A stretch of DNA of 64,000 bases from Mobula hypostoma (taxonomy: Eukaryota). Location: NCBI RefSeq assembly GCF_963921235.1, contig NC_086122.1:33356001-33420000 (forward strand), written 5' to 3'. A program made the position numbers and the translations under genes. The notes below the pieces were generated by a model. It worked only from the letters and a program-made list of their open reading frames with translations, was not told where the DNA came from and did not search any database. This document shows, one piece after another, positions 50,690 to 61,477 of the stretch. The stretch's first letter is position 1. Each line of letters starts with the position of its first letter.

Positions 50690-51110
50690 TGCCAATATCA
50701 AACATGGCGAGCTCGACCGTTCATTCCAAACGGCTCGTGCGCATGCTCTAGATTGCCCGTCTGTAAGATGGCGGAGGCAGCCGGTGTTTACGCCGTGGTG
50801 AGGAACATCCCGCAGCAGCTCCGCGCCGCTGATCTCCGCCAGTACTTCTCACAGTTCACCGAGAGCGGCGGCTTCAGCTGCTTCCACTACCGGCATCGGC
50901 CCGAGCGGCAGCGGCACCAGCACCAGGGCTCAGGGCGAGGAGGGCCGGACGGTGCCCTGACCTGCTGTTGCGTGGTGAGGCTGTCGGCCGAGTGGGCCCC
51001 CCAGTTCCTGCGGATGTATGACGGCGGCCAGTGGGTCGACAGGGCCGGGGACTCGCTGCGGGGACGCTGCCGCATCCACACCGTCAGGGTCGGGGAGGTG
51101 ACAGGTGAGC
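50690..51110 (+). promoter_or_regulatory. GPATCH3 CpG-island promoter
   Basis: CpG-rich; YY1-like AACATGGCG (50701-50709) and AAGATGGCGG over the start codon; NRF1-like TGCGCATGC (50738-50746). Confidence 0.65.
50768..51104 (+). CDS. GPATCH3: GPATCH3 exon 1
   Basis: MAEAAGVYAVVRNIPQQLRAADLRQYFSQF...FSCFHYRHRPE...TCCCVVRL; Kozak-context AAGATGG; donor ACAG|GTGAGC; 337 nt. Confidence 0.93.
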
Positions 51111-51539
51111 ACGGAGTCAGAATCACTCTGAGAGTTCAATGTAAATTAATATCAAACTGTATATATATGTCACCATAGACAATCCTACGATTCATTTTCT
51201 TGTGGGCATACTCAATAAACCAATAGAAATAACTATAACAGATTCGATGAAAGACTGCCCAACTTGGTCGTCCAACCAGAGTGCAGAAGACAACAAACTG
51301 TGCAGATGCAAAAAGAGATAATAATATAAATAAATAAGCAATAAATATCGAGAACATGATGAAGAGTCCTTGAAAGTGACTTCATAGGTTGTGGGAATAT
51401 TTTAATGATGAGAGCAAGTGATTCCTTGGGTTTAAGAGCCTGATGATTCCTGAGAATTCCTTTTATTGCTATGTGAACATATTGCCATATGTTCAGACAA
51501 TACATAAATTATACCATACAGTGAAGAGAAAATAATCAG

Positions 51540-52912
51540 ACAACACACATAAAAGTTGCTGGTGAATGCAGCAGCCCAGGCAGCATCTATAGGAAGAGGT
51601 ACAGTCGACGTTTGGGGCCGAGACCCTTCATCAGGACTAACTGAAGGAAGAGCTAGTAAGAGATTTGAAAGTGGGAGGGGGAGATCCAAAATGATAGAAG
51701 ACAGGAGAGGGAGGGATGGAGCCAAGAGCTGGACAGTTGATTGGCAAAAGGGATACGAGGATCATGGGACAGGAGGCCCAGGGAGGAGGGGGAAGCCCAG
51801 AGGATGGGCAAGGAATATAGTGAGAGGGACAGAGGGAGAAAAAGGAGAGAAAAAAAGTGTATGTATGTGTATATATATATATAAAATAAATAACAGATGG
51901 GGTATGAGGGGGAGGTGGGGCATTAACGGAAGTTAGAGAAGTCAATGTTCATGCCATCAGGTTGGAGGCTACCCAGACAGAATATAAGGTGTTGCTCCTC
52001 CAATCTGAGATTAGCCTCATCATGGCAGTAGAGGAGGCCATGTATGGACATATCTGAATGGGAGTGGGAAGCAGAGTTGAAGTGGGTGGCTACTGGGAGA
52101 TCCTGTCTGTTGTGGCGGACGGAGCGGAGGTGCTACACCTGTCCCTACACCTCCTGTCTCGCCACCATTCAGGGCCCCAAACAGTCCTTCCAGTTGAGGC
52201 AACACTTCACTTGTGAGTCTGTTGGGGTCATCTATTGCATCTGGTGCTTCCAGTGCGGCCTCCTGTACATCGGTGAAACCCGACGCAGATTGGGGGACCG
52301 CTTCGTCGAGCACCTCCACTCGCCCGCCAAAACAGACAGGATCTCCCAGTAGCCACCCACTTCAACTCTGCTTCCCACTCCCATTCAGATATGTCCATAC
52401 ATGGCCTCCTCTACTGCCATGATGAGGCTAAACTCAGGCTGGAGGAGCAACACCTCATATACCCTCTAGGTAGTCTCCAGCCCCTTGGTGTGAACATAGA
52501 ATTCTCCAACTTCTGGTAATTCCCTCCCCCTCCCTTCCTCTATCCCTATGTCACTCTGCCCCCTCCCCCAGTTGCCTATCACCTCCCTCATGGTTCTGCC
52601 TCCTTCTACCACCCATTGTGTTTTCCCTTATTCCTTCTTCACCTTTCCTGCCTATCACCTCCCTGCCTCCCTTCCCCCACCCCTTTATCTTTCCCCTTAC
52701 TGGTTTTTCACCTGGAACCTACCAGCCTTCTCCTTCCCACCTCCCCCCACCTTCTTTATAGGGCCTCTGCCCCTTCCCACTACAGTCCTGACAAAAGGTT
52801 CTGGCCCGAAACGTCGACTCATAGTTTCCACGGATGCTGCCCGACCTGCTGAGTTCCTCCAGCGTGTTGTAAGTGTTGCTTTGACCCCAGCATCTGCAGA
52901 GTATTTTGTGTT
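51540..52912. mobile_element. Composite inverted Penelope-like elements with GIY-YIG endonuclease remnant
   Basis: HFTCESVGVIYCIWCFQCGLLYIGETRRRLGDRFVEHL at ~52203-52320 (GIY-YIG); inverted repeat about 51990-52110 and 52331-52452; hammerhead-bearing tails at both outer ends. Confidence 0.8.
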
Positions 52913-53597
52913 TATAATTGTTCCCGAACCTGGTGGTGTGGGCCCTGAGGCTCCCATACCACCTTCCTGATGGCAGAGTCAAGAAGAGAGGACATTGCAC
53001 ATTCTTTTCACATTTGTGAAAGATTGAAGGGCAGCAGGGGTTGATGGTGAAGAACAAAAGTATAGTAGAAGTAAGCCAGCTGGCTGGTGGTGTAGTGGCA
53101 TCAGCACTAGACCTTGAGGCAAATGGTCCTGGGTTCGAATGCGGCTGGCCCCTTGCACGCTTTCCATCTGTGCTGGGATCAAGCTAGCAACTTGGCCTCA
53201 TAAAAAAGCAAACAAAAATGCTAAGGAAACGGCAAGATTGCTGTCCGATGCGGCACAAGGTGCGAAGAGGAAGAACATAGTGGAAGTAAAGAAGTAGTAG
53301 GATGGCAGGAATGTTAGAGAAGACTGAAGGCAAAAGTTATATTGGGATTGGGATGAGGAAGCTGACAAGTGATGGAGTGTGGGGCTGGGCATGTTTGCAT
53401 GTGTGGATTTTAATGCTATTCCAATTTCTTCTGTGAAAGGTTATTGTTGAGTCCCAATGCAGATTTCAATCTGAAACATCAATAATTTCTTTCCTGACAT
53501 GGGTACTGCTTGATCTACTGAGTTGCCCCCAGTTCTCCAGATTCCAGCATCCATCGTCTCTTGTATTCTCATTGTTTTTTCTCTCTCTGTTAAACAG

Positions 53598-54022
53598 AAT
53601 CGGACATTTCATACAAAACAAGAAAGGAGCTTCGGAGTCGGAGAGCCCTGAGTGAAACTTTCACAGCTGAAGATCTGTCCAGATTGGCAGAATTAAACCC
53701 TCCGGCAGTAATGCCCAATGGGAATGTGGGAACTCCGCTGAGGGTTTTCCTGGAATTGATCCAAGCTTGTCGTCTGCCTCCCCGTATCATCACCAAGCTC
53801 TGTTTGAAGTTCCCCAAGACAAGCTCTAATAGGCGTTATGGGAATGTTCCTTTCCTGTACCAGAATTCAACCTCAGTGCTGGCTGAAGGAAGGGCTGAGA
53901 CAGAAGCAGCAGCAGAGGACCAACAACAAGATTCAGCTGCTCACTTCCTGGAGTTGCAAGAGGCAGTGCCTGAGAAATCTCCACAGGGAAGTGAAGAGGA
54001 AGAGGAGTCCCATTCTGAGGAT
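53598..54022 (+). CDS. GPATCH3: GPATCH3 exon 2
   Basis: Acceptor TAAACAG; ELNPPAVMPNGNVGTPLRVFLELIQACRLPPRIITKLCLKFPKTSSNRRYGNVPF; donor GAT|GTAAGC; 425 nt. Confidence 0.94.
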
Positions 54023-54807
54023 GTAAGCGTCACTTTCATGTCGTAAGTGAGTTGAGAATCCATAGTGAAGGAGGACCATTGCACCCTGATAACCCCAAGG
54101 GACATCCTTGGGGTAGTTGGAGCTTGGCCTTTGCCTCAGCTTTAGTTGAGGAACCTACCACCGTTGCTGATTGCAGTGCAGGAATCCAAACAGAGCCTTC
54201 CACTTGGAAACTGAGCACTGTTAGTAGTTCTTAATTTTCGCACCCTAGCCTCTCTGGTAGGGATATTTCAAGAGTAATTAGCCACAGGAAAGTTTTTTTA
54301 GATTATGAAGACATGCAGTCCTCTTTTATTGCCATTTAGTAATGCATGCATGAAGAAATGATACAATATTTCCTCCGGTGTGATATCACAAAACACAGGA
54401 CAGACCAAGACTGAAAAAACTAACAAAACCACATAATTATAACATATAGTTACAACAGTGCAACAATACCATAACTTGATGAAGAACAGTCCATGAGAAC
54501 AGTAAAAAGTTCAAAGTCTCTCAAATGTCCCACATCTCATGCAGATGGGAGAAGGAAGTTAATCTTATCTTGGGGGATACAGCGCAGAATAGGCCCTTCC
54601 AACCCTTCGAGCTGCACCGCCCAGCAACCCCCGGTTCAACCCTAGCCTAATCACGGGACAATTTACAGTGACCAATTAACCTACTAACCTTTGGACTGTG
54701 GGAGGAAACCAGAGCACTGGGAGAAATCCCACACATTCCATGGGGAGGATGTACAAATATAAATGTAAGTTCTCATCCAACGGTAACATTACTTTGTTCA
54801 TTTCCAG

Positions 54808-54979
54808 GATGACGATGAGTGTGAGGAATGGGAGAGATATGAAGCATTGTATGACGATGTTACAACCCAGGATCGGACAAAGGAGCGACTGTTTGAGGAA
54901 GAAATTGAGCTAAAGTGGGAGAAAGGAGGCTCTGGCCTCGTGTTTTATACAGATGCACAGTTTTGGCAAGAGAAAACAG
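54808..54979 (+). CDS. GPATCH3: GPATCH3 exon 3
   Basis: DDDECEEWERYEALYDDVTTQDRTKERLFEEEIELKWEKGGSGLVFYTDAQFWQEKT; acceptor TTTCCAG, donor CAG|GTGGGA; 172 nt. Confidence 0.94.
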
Positions 54980-55094
54980 GTGGGACATGCTTGTTATTTT
55001 TGATCAGAGAACTTCAGTAGTTGAGACCAGGGCATGTTGTGGGCAGGCATTGATGGTTGGTTTGTTTAGGGTTGACTTTTGCTCTATATTTCAG

Positions 55095-55172
55095 ATTTTG
55101 ATGAGGAGACAGCAGATGACTGGGATGTCGATATGAGTGTATACTACAACAAAGGGCAACCAGGAAGGCAAG
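55095..55172 (+). CDS. GPATCH3: GPATCH3 exon 4
   Basis: DFDEETADDWDVDMSVYYNKGQPGRQ; acceptor TTTCAG; first in-phase GT donor after the conserved motif is CAAG|GTAATT; 78 nt. 3' boundary less certain. Confidence 0.85.
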
Positions 55173-57309
55173 GTAATTTTTACATCTCTCATCTGTTTGA
55201 TTTGTAATTGGAACTTAGAATTTTATATGCCTGATTCCTTTTGTAGACCTTTGGAAATACAACAGAGTGAATGTGATTCAATTGTTAGATAAACTATCAT
55301 CTGGGTTAATGGATTGAGTATAAATGCACAACATTCAGAAATGTGAAAAGGAAACTGGATCAAATTAAAGGAACCTAAGAGGATGATATTGTGGAAATGG
55401 AGCCTAAAATTCCTGCCTTGCAGAGACTTACTGAGCACTGCATCTTGTCAGGTGTTTAGTGACTGACACAGGTGTAGTGGCTGCATGTATGGTTACTTAG
55501 GGACTGCAGCAGTATGCAGTGGCTGGCAATTTTGCCACTTGCTGTATGCTTTAGATTGCATGTCTATAGTTACTTTGTTCTCTGCAGTCCAGTACAGGTT
55601 GTGCAAACTACCAGAGGCAGCGAGATACTGTAAGGGCTATGTGAACTGTGCGTACAATACAATGCAGACTATTGGCCGCATTTCCTGTGGTGTACAGAAT
55701 GGTGCATACTTTAGGTGTCTGTTTTTTTCGCGAGTGCACAATGCAGGCTATAATGGTTGGATGAAAAAATATGCTGCTTGGTGCGCATGTGTGCATTGTG
55801 TGGTATTAAGTGGGCTGGAGGAACTAGTCCTGTCCAGTATGGCACATCACGACTGTGGCTGTTAATCATGTGACGTGCGGCACTGGCTGGAGATCCAGCT
55901 TTTGAACTAAAAGGAATAACTTCACTCAACTTCACTTGCCCCATTATTGAAAAGTCCCCACAACCACTGGACTCACCTTCAAGGACTGTTCATCTTGTGT
56001 CTTCGATATTTATTTATTATTGTTTCTTCTTTTTGTATGAGCATAGTCTGTTGTCTTCTGCAGTCTGGTTGAATGCACCAGTTGGGCTGTCTTTCATTGA
56101 TTCTGTTATAACTACTATTCTATAGATTTGTTGAGTATACCCACAGGAAAATGAATCTCAGAGTGTATATGGTGACATATATGTACTTTGATAATAAATT
56201 TACTTTGAACTTTGCTGCACATATTGCACGAGCTGTAGGGCTGGCTTGCCACTGGAACAGGACCTTAGTGCTAGTCTGCCCTTTTGTCTGGAATGCAATG
56301 TCCCCTTTTTTTTTAACAGCTGCACGGGCTAACCATTGCTCTGAACAGGAAATATTTTACATGCCCTGAAAACTGTGTGGCATTTTAAATGTTTTTTTTG
56401 TAATATGTATACTATGGATACTTAGAATGAAAATTGAAATATCAAATACTTTTTAATTTATTAATTGAAGGGTATAATGAAATACAGTACAGCAAAGAAA
56501 ATTGTTCATGTTTCGTAAACTTTTACTTGTCTGTCCAGCTGTGTGGCAACAAAGGCTATGTGCACGGGAGCATTTCGGTTATTGTGCGGCCACGCACCCA
56601 CACAGCTTAGAGGGAAGAGTGGTGGAATGACACTGCGTGGTCTGTGCTTCCTTCTCTGTGCAGCAGGGGTTAGGACCTCTTGTAATGCCTTATACAACAG
56701 GGTTCATGACCTGTATTCTTTCACGCAGTGTTCAGGGATAAAATTCAAAGTCTGTGTTTTGTGCTTTGCAATGTTGTAAGTTTCTACTTCCCCTTGATAT
56801 GAATGGTGATAGTTTGTTATGATCTCTCAGACACACTCAGTGAGAATCATACATCATACTCTTTCACCAACTATGTCCAAACTGACCATTAGCCACCAAA
56901 TTACTTCTTAAGCCTGTCACCCCAGAACCCTCGGTCTTGGGTCTGTCTGTCAAGTCCAGGTGTAGCCCATCTATGCATCTTGTAGGCGGAGATCCTTCCT
57001 CTCCCAGGAATGAGGTCTTTGGAGCTCCTGTTGGCATTTCTGTAGCATTGGGTTTTTTACAGGATGGGGTTGCTAGACCCGTGCCCAACCCTTGTGCTTA
57101 TGTAGCCATGGTGGAGTTCTGCCCATTTACACTAATATATTCATCCCAGTTTTCATTCTGTCTATATTCCCCCTACCCTCCAAATTCTCTCACTCACCAC
57201 ACTAGGGACAATATATAGTGGCCATTTAGCCAAACTGCACGTCGATCTTCGGGATATGGGAGAAAGCAGAGCACCCGGAGGAAGTCCATGTGATTCCAAG
57301 GAGAAAATA

Positions 57310-57605
57310 AGGCGCAGCACGATCGTGTAGTGGTTAGCACAACGCTTTACAGTACCAACGACACGGGTTCAATTCCTGCCACTGTCTCTTAAGAAGTTTG
57401 TACGTTCTCCCCTGACTGTGTGGATTTCCTTCGGGTGCTCCAGCTTCCTCCTGCAGCCTGGAGAGGTACTGTTTGGTAGGTTAATTGGTCATTGTAAGTT
57501 GTCCCGTGATGAGGCTAGGGTTAAACTGGGGGTTCCTGGGTGGCACGGCTCGAAGGGCTTGAGGGGACTATTCTGTGCTGTATCTCAATAAACAAAAATA
57601 AACAA
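57310..57605 (+). mobile_element. tRNA-derived SINE (V-SINE/HE1-like), near full length
   Basis: TAGTGGTTAGCAC A-box, GGTTCAATTCC B-box, GGGTGCTCCAGCTTCCTCC central domain, AATAAAC tail. Confidence 0.75.
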
Positions 57606-57805
57606 ACAGACAGCACCTGAGGTCAGGGTTAAACCAGGTCAAAGGCACTGTGAGGCAACTCCTCTACTGACAGTGCCACTGGAAGGATTCCGTGCTTCAC
57701 AAATGTTATGGCTGTTCAAAGGTTTTGGTGTTGATTGATTGGGTGTTGATTGATCGAGTTCTGCAGAAACAACGGTGAAGTAAATTTCTTTTGAACTTTC
57801 CACAG

Positions 57806-57927
57806 ATGGAGGTGATAAAGATTCCCAGGATTATGTGCAGATGAGGCTGGAACAACGGCTGAGGGAGGGTCTTGAGAGTGCGTCTGCACAGTCCCCTCGT
57901 ATTGGAGGCTTCGAGCGATACACCAAG
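57806..57927 (+). CDS. GPATCH3: GPATCH3 exon 5
   Basis: DGGDKDSQDYVQMRLEQRLREG...IGGFERYTK; acceptor TTTCCACAG, donor AAG|GTAAGC; 122 nt. Confidence 0.94.
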
Positions 57928-59106
57928 GTAAGCAAGTCTCCTGCAGTAGTTGACTTAAAACGACATTTGATGTTAAAACAGATTCTCTTGTTTAAATGTG
58001 TGTTTTAAATTGAGCTTGTATTCTGAATTGGTGTTTAAGTTACATTCTCAATAGAGCAAAGATCCATTGGCCAAGGACCAATACCAGTAAACAAGGGATC
58101 TGTGAACCCCGGATCAGGAACCCCTGGCCTAGAGCACGTCTCTGTTCATATGAGCCACATGATCAGCTGTGGTTTTCCAAGATAATTTGTACGGTCACCT
58201 TAAACACAATACCAACCACATAGATTTGCTCCGAATCTAGGCTACTACAATAATTATTTCTCTTAATATGGTTTTTCTCATACCCACCGTATGGAAAGGA
58301 AGAAGAGGCCACCATCGAACCTCATAGCAAGAGTGTACCTTTTTAACTCATTGTCAACTTTACACTCGACTCCACAGACAGAGAGAGATATCCTACTAGT
58401 TTGGAGAAGTGAATGTCGGGTGAAATATTTTGAAAACTCCCTGCTAATTTTCATAAAATTGTTTTGTGATTTCTTGTGTGGTCCTGAGCAGAAGTGGAGT
58501 GGCTTTGTTGTTGGTCTCTCCATAACTGCAGTGCTCCACTAGTTCTGCTGTGGTGTTTTCATCTTGCTCTTTGGTTATGGCCATTGTATTTAGTACAACC
58601 AATGGACTCCCTTTCAAGGATTCTTCATCTCATGTTCACAATATTTATTGCTTATTTATTACTATTATTTCTTCTTTTTGGATTTGCACAGTTTTGTTGT
58701 CTTCTGCCCTCTGGTTGAACACCCAGGTTGGGAGGGCTTCCATTGATTCTGTTATGGTTATTATTCTATAGATTCACTGTCTTGCGGGCAGACTCAATAT
58801 ATCTCAGGGTTGTGTATGGTGATGTATGTGTATTTTGATTGAGAATAAATTTACTTTGAACAATACAGTGCTATTTTTAATCTATTGAACCAAGCTCCTT
58901 TCAACCTTTGTGTAAGTCCATCATGTGTTGATGCTGAAAGTGCCGTGGCTCTTTGAATCTCCTCGCCACAGATTCCTGCTTCATTTAGTGCATCCTGTGC
59001 TTTGACAGGGGCAAACATGGTTATTGAATCTGTTTATTCTCTTGTCTCGGTCATTTACATTCGTCAGATTAAGTGAATCAATGTGTTCTTTCTACTTCTC
59101 ATTCAG

Positions 59107-59234
59107 GGAATTGGCAGGAAGGTGATGGAACGGCAGGGATGGAGGGACGGTCAAGGCCTTGGCTGTAGCAATTCTGGGTTGGCTGATGCTCTGGACAATG
59201 ACGGGCAGCATCCGAAGTGTAAGCGAGGATTCGG
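59107..59234 (+). CDS. GPATCH3: GPATCH3 exon 6 (G-patch domain)
   Basis: GIGRKVMERQGWRDGQGLGCSNSGLADALDNDGQHPKCKRGFG is a G-patch; donor GG|GTAGGT; 128 nt. Confidence 0.95.
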
Positions 59235-59329
59235 GTAGGTAACACAAGTGGCTTTTCGTATTGAGCTGGTAGTTTCTCTGAAGAATTAGTAGCAAAGAAT
59301 CTTCTAAATGACAATGTCCTCACTGTATA

Positions 59330-59386
59330 CAGTATTGTGCATAAGTAAATATAGCTGTGGTGCCTATGGACTTCTGTACAGTACTG
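59330..59386. mobile_element. 57-bp Tc1-type mini-MITE
   Basis: TA|CAGTATTGTGCATAAGT...ACTTCTGTACAGTACTG|TA; same TIR family as 21381-21798. Confidence 0.55.
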
Positions 59387-61272
59387 TATTTGTCAACGTG
59401 GAGTGGACAGCAACTTTGTAAATCTGGCAGGAACAAAAGATGTTAGGAATGGCAAGAGCGGAGTGCCACAGGAGAGGTTGGGGCAGGTGGCAGAGACTTT
59501 GTGCCATGAGAGGGTGGTAGCACTGTTGCAGACACACCCAGCCCTGAGACACCAGGCAAGATCATTTGATACCAAACAATTGGTTTATTGATCATTACAG
59601 AATGTCTCTCTGATACTTCCCGCTCTCTCCCCTCTCCCTTCCCCCTTTTCCCAATCATGATTCCCCTCTCCCTGCCTCCTTCCCACTCTCAGCCCACAAC
59701 AGAGACCCGTATCAGAATCATTGTCACTCACATATGTCATGAAATTTGATATTTTTTGCGGCAGCAGTGCAGTGGAATATATAAAATTACTACAGTACTG
59801 TGCGAAAATTCTGAGGCACTCTAGCTACCTTGTCATACTGCGGTTGTTGAGCTGAGTGTTTGCACTTCAATGGCTTTATGGTACCTTCTGCCCCATACAT
59901 GGCAGAATATTCCATTTCCTTAGTAATGGGGATGTGTGAATGTGTAAATATTGTTTGCATTTAAGGTAGATACTTCTGTGTATTTTGGAATATGATTGTA
60001 ACTACCTTGTAGGGTGCATTATACATGTGTAGTCTTCAGTTGTTGACTTTGTGGGTAATTGAAGGTGGTATTTCCTGGTGCCTGATAAACGGACTCATCA
60101 CTCTGAGTTGGAGAGAGAGATCAGGTTGCCAGGAGTCCACCCTGGATAAATAATATGTAGCTATTTATTGTTATCTTTTTGTAAATATTGGCAGTTTTCA
60201 CTATTTTTGCAAGCTTGATTTCTAATGCACCTAATAAACACCCTTGCACGAAAGTGCTAAGCGACTCCAGGCGTTTTTCCCCTTTGGTTGTAACCCATGT
60301 ATCTAACACTCTTGTTTCTTTGTCTTTGTCCACCAATACTGCTGAGTATTTGAAGACATTTCTGTTTCTCACCCCCACTTGTTTGTGAGTGCAATGGACT
60401 CGGATATTATACCAGCTTTCAGTACTGGGTCCAGTGCTGAGATTTTTGTTTGGCACTGCCTGCTGAATGGTGTGGCTGTGAAATGTGAGCCTGTGGACCA
60501 TAACCAAAATTTCTAAACCAGTGCGCTGACAATTCACTACTAAATTTCAGCAGTGTTGAACTTTCTGTTTTTCTTCCACTAGGTGAAATAGCAAGCCCAC
60601 TGGATGTTGTTCATACCTCAACAGAGCTGGTGAAAGAGACAAAGGACTTTTATGTTCTTACACCCTTAGTGCAGTCCCTTTTGTGCTCAAATCTCTAGAG
60701 TGGCACCGATATCCCTTTCAATTTCTGACTTGTCAAGAGTGCTATCCACTGTACTTACTGACTTAGTGTGGTGATGGAATATTAATCTACAACAGAGATA
60801 TTGCTGTGCTATCACCTGAAATTATATATTAGCTATCTATGATTTTGGGTGGTGGGGTGGAGATATTTCTCTACCAAGTGAAGTACAAGGTGCTTCTTCC
60901 CTCCGTTAGCCTGCAGGTCACCTTTGGGCAAGGTGTGGTACCTGCTTAGCCTCCGACCAAGGTCATGTGAAGCCATGGGAGCAGGTGGTGGATGGTCGTA
61001 CGAGCAGCTGGTGCACATCCCAAGTCCTGGTTATGCGACCACTAACACCAGGCAGACAATCTCTGAAGAGCATTGATAATGGCAGGGGTCACCCGTCTTG
61101 TAAAGACGCTGCCCAGATGAAGGCAATGGCAAACCACTTCTGTCGAAGAATTTGCCAAGAACAGTTATGGTCATGGAAAGATACATCATACAACATGGCA
61201 CATGACGAACGTACAATATGTGATTAATTTAAATTTCCTCATTGACATTCCTTTGCTGCTTTAATTCTGCAG

Positions 61273-61477
61273 GTATCATGGAGAAAGAATTCAGAATTTT
61301 CAGCCAGTGAAGAAACCATATCGACAGACCAGTCACCTGATTTCAACTGTGTATGACGAACCTGAGGAGATAGACCAAGGTGACACCTTGCTTCGGAGAC
61401 AGCCAGTGACCAGCATGAAGTACAGAGAGGACCTAAAGTTTGTTAAAGCCAAAGAGCCTGGAAACTACGCACAGTAA
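61273..61477 (+). CDS. GPATCH3: GPATCH3 exon 7, coding part
   Basis: YHGERIQNF...LISTVYDEP...LLRRQPVTSMKYREDLKFVK...YAQ*; acceptor TTCTGCAG; TAA at 61475-61477. Total CDS 1467 nt = 488 aa. Confidence 0.94.

Noticed and set aside
50704-50751. uORF MASSTVHSKRLVRML upstream of GPATCH3
   Set aside because: The ATG lies in a YY1-like promoter motif upstream of the NRF1-like site and is probably 5' of the TSS; cannot be supported without TSS data.
57320-57385. tRNA gene
   Set aside because: A and B boxes are present but there is no cloverleaf, and it continues into a SINE body; the same applies at 11495-11560 and 53080-53150.
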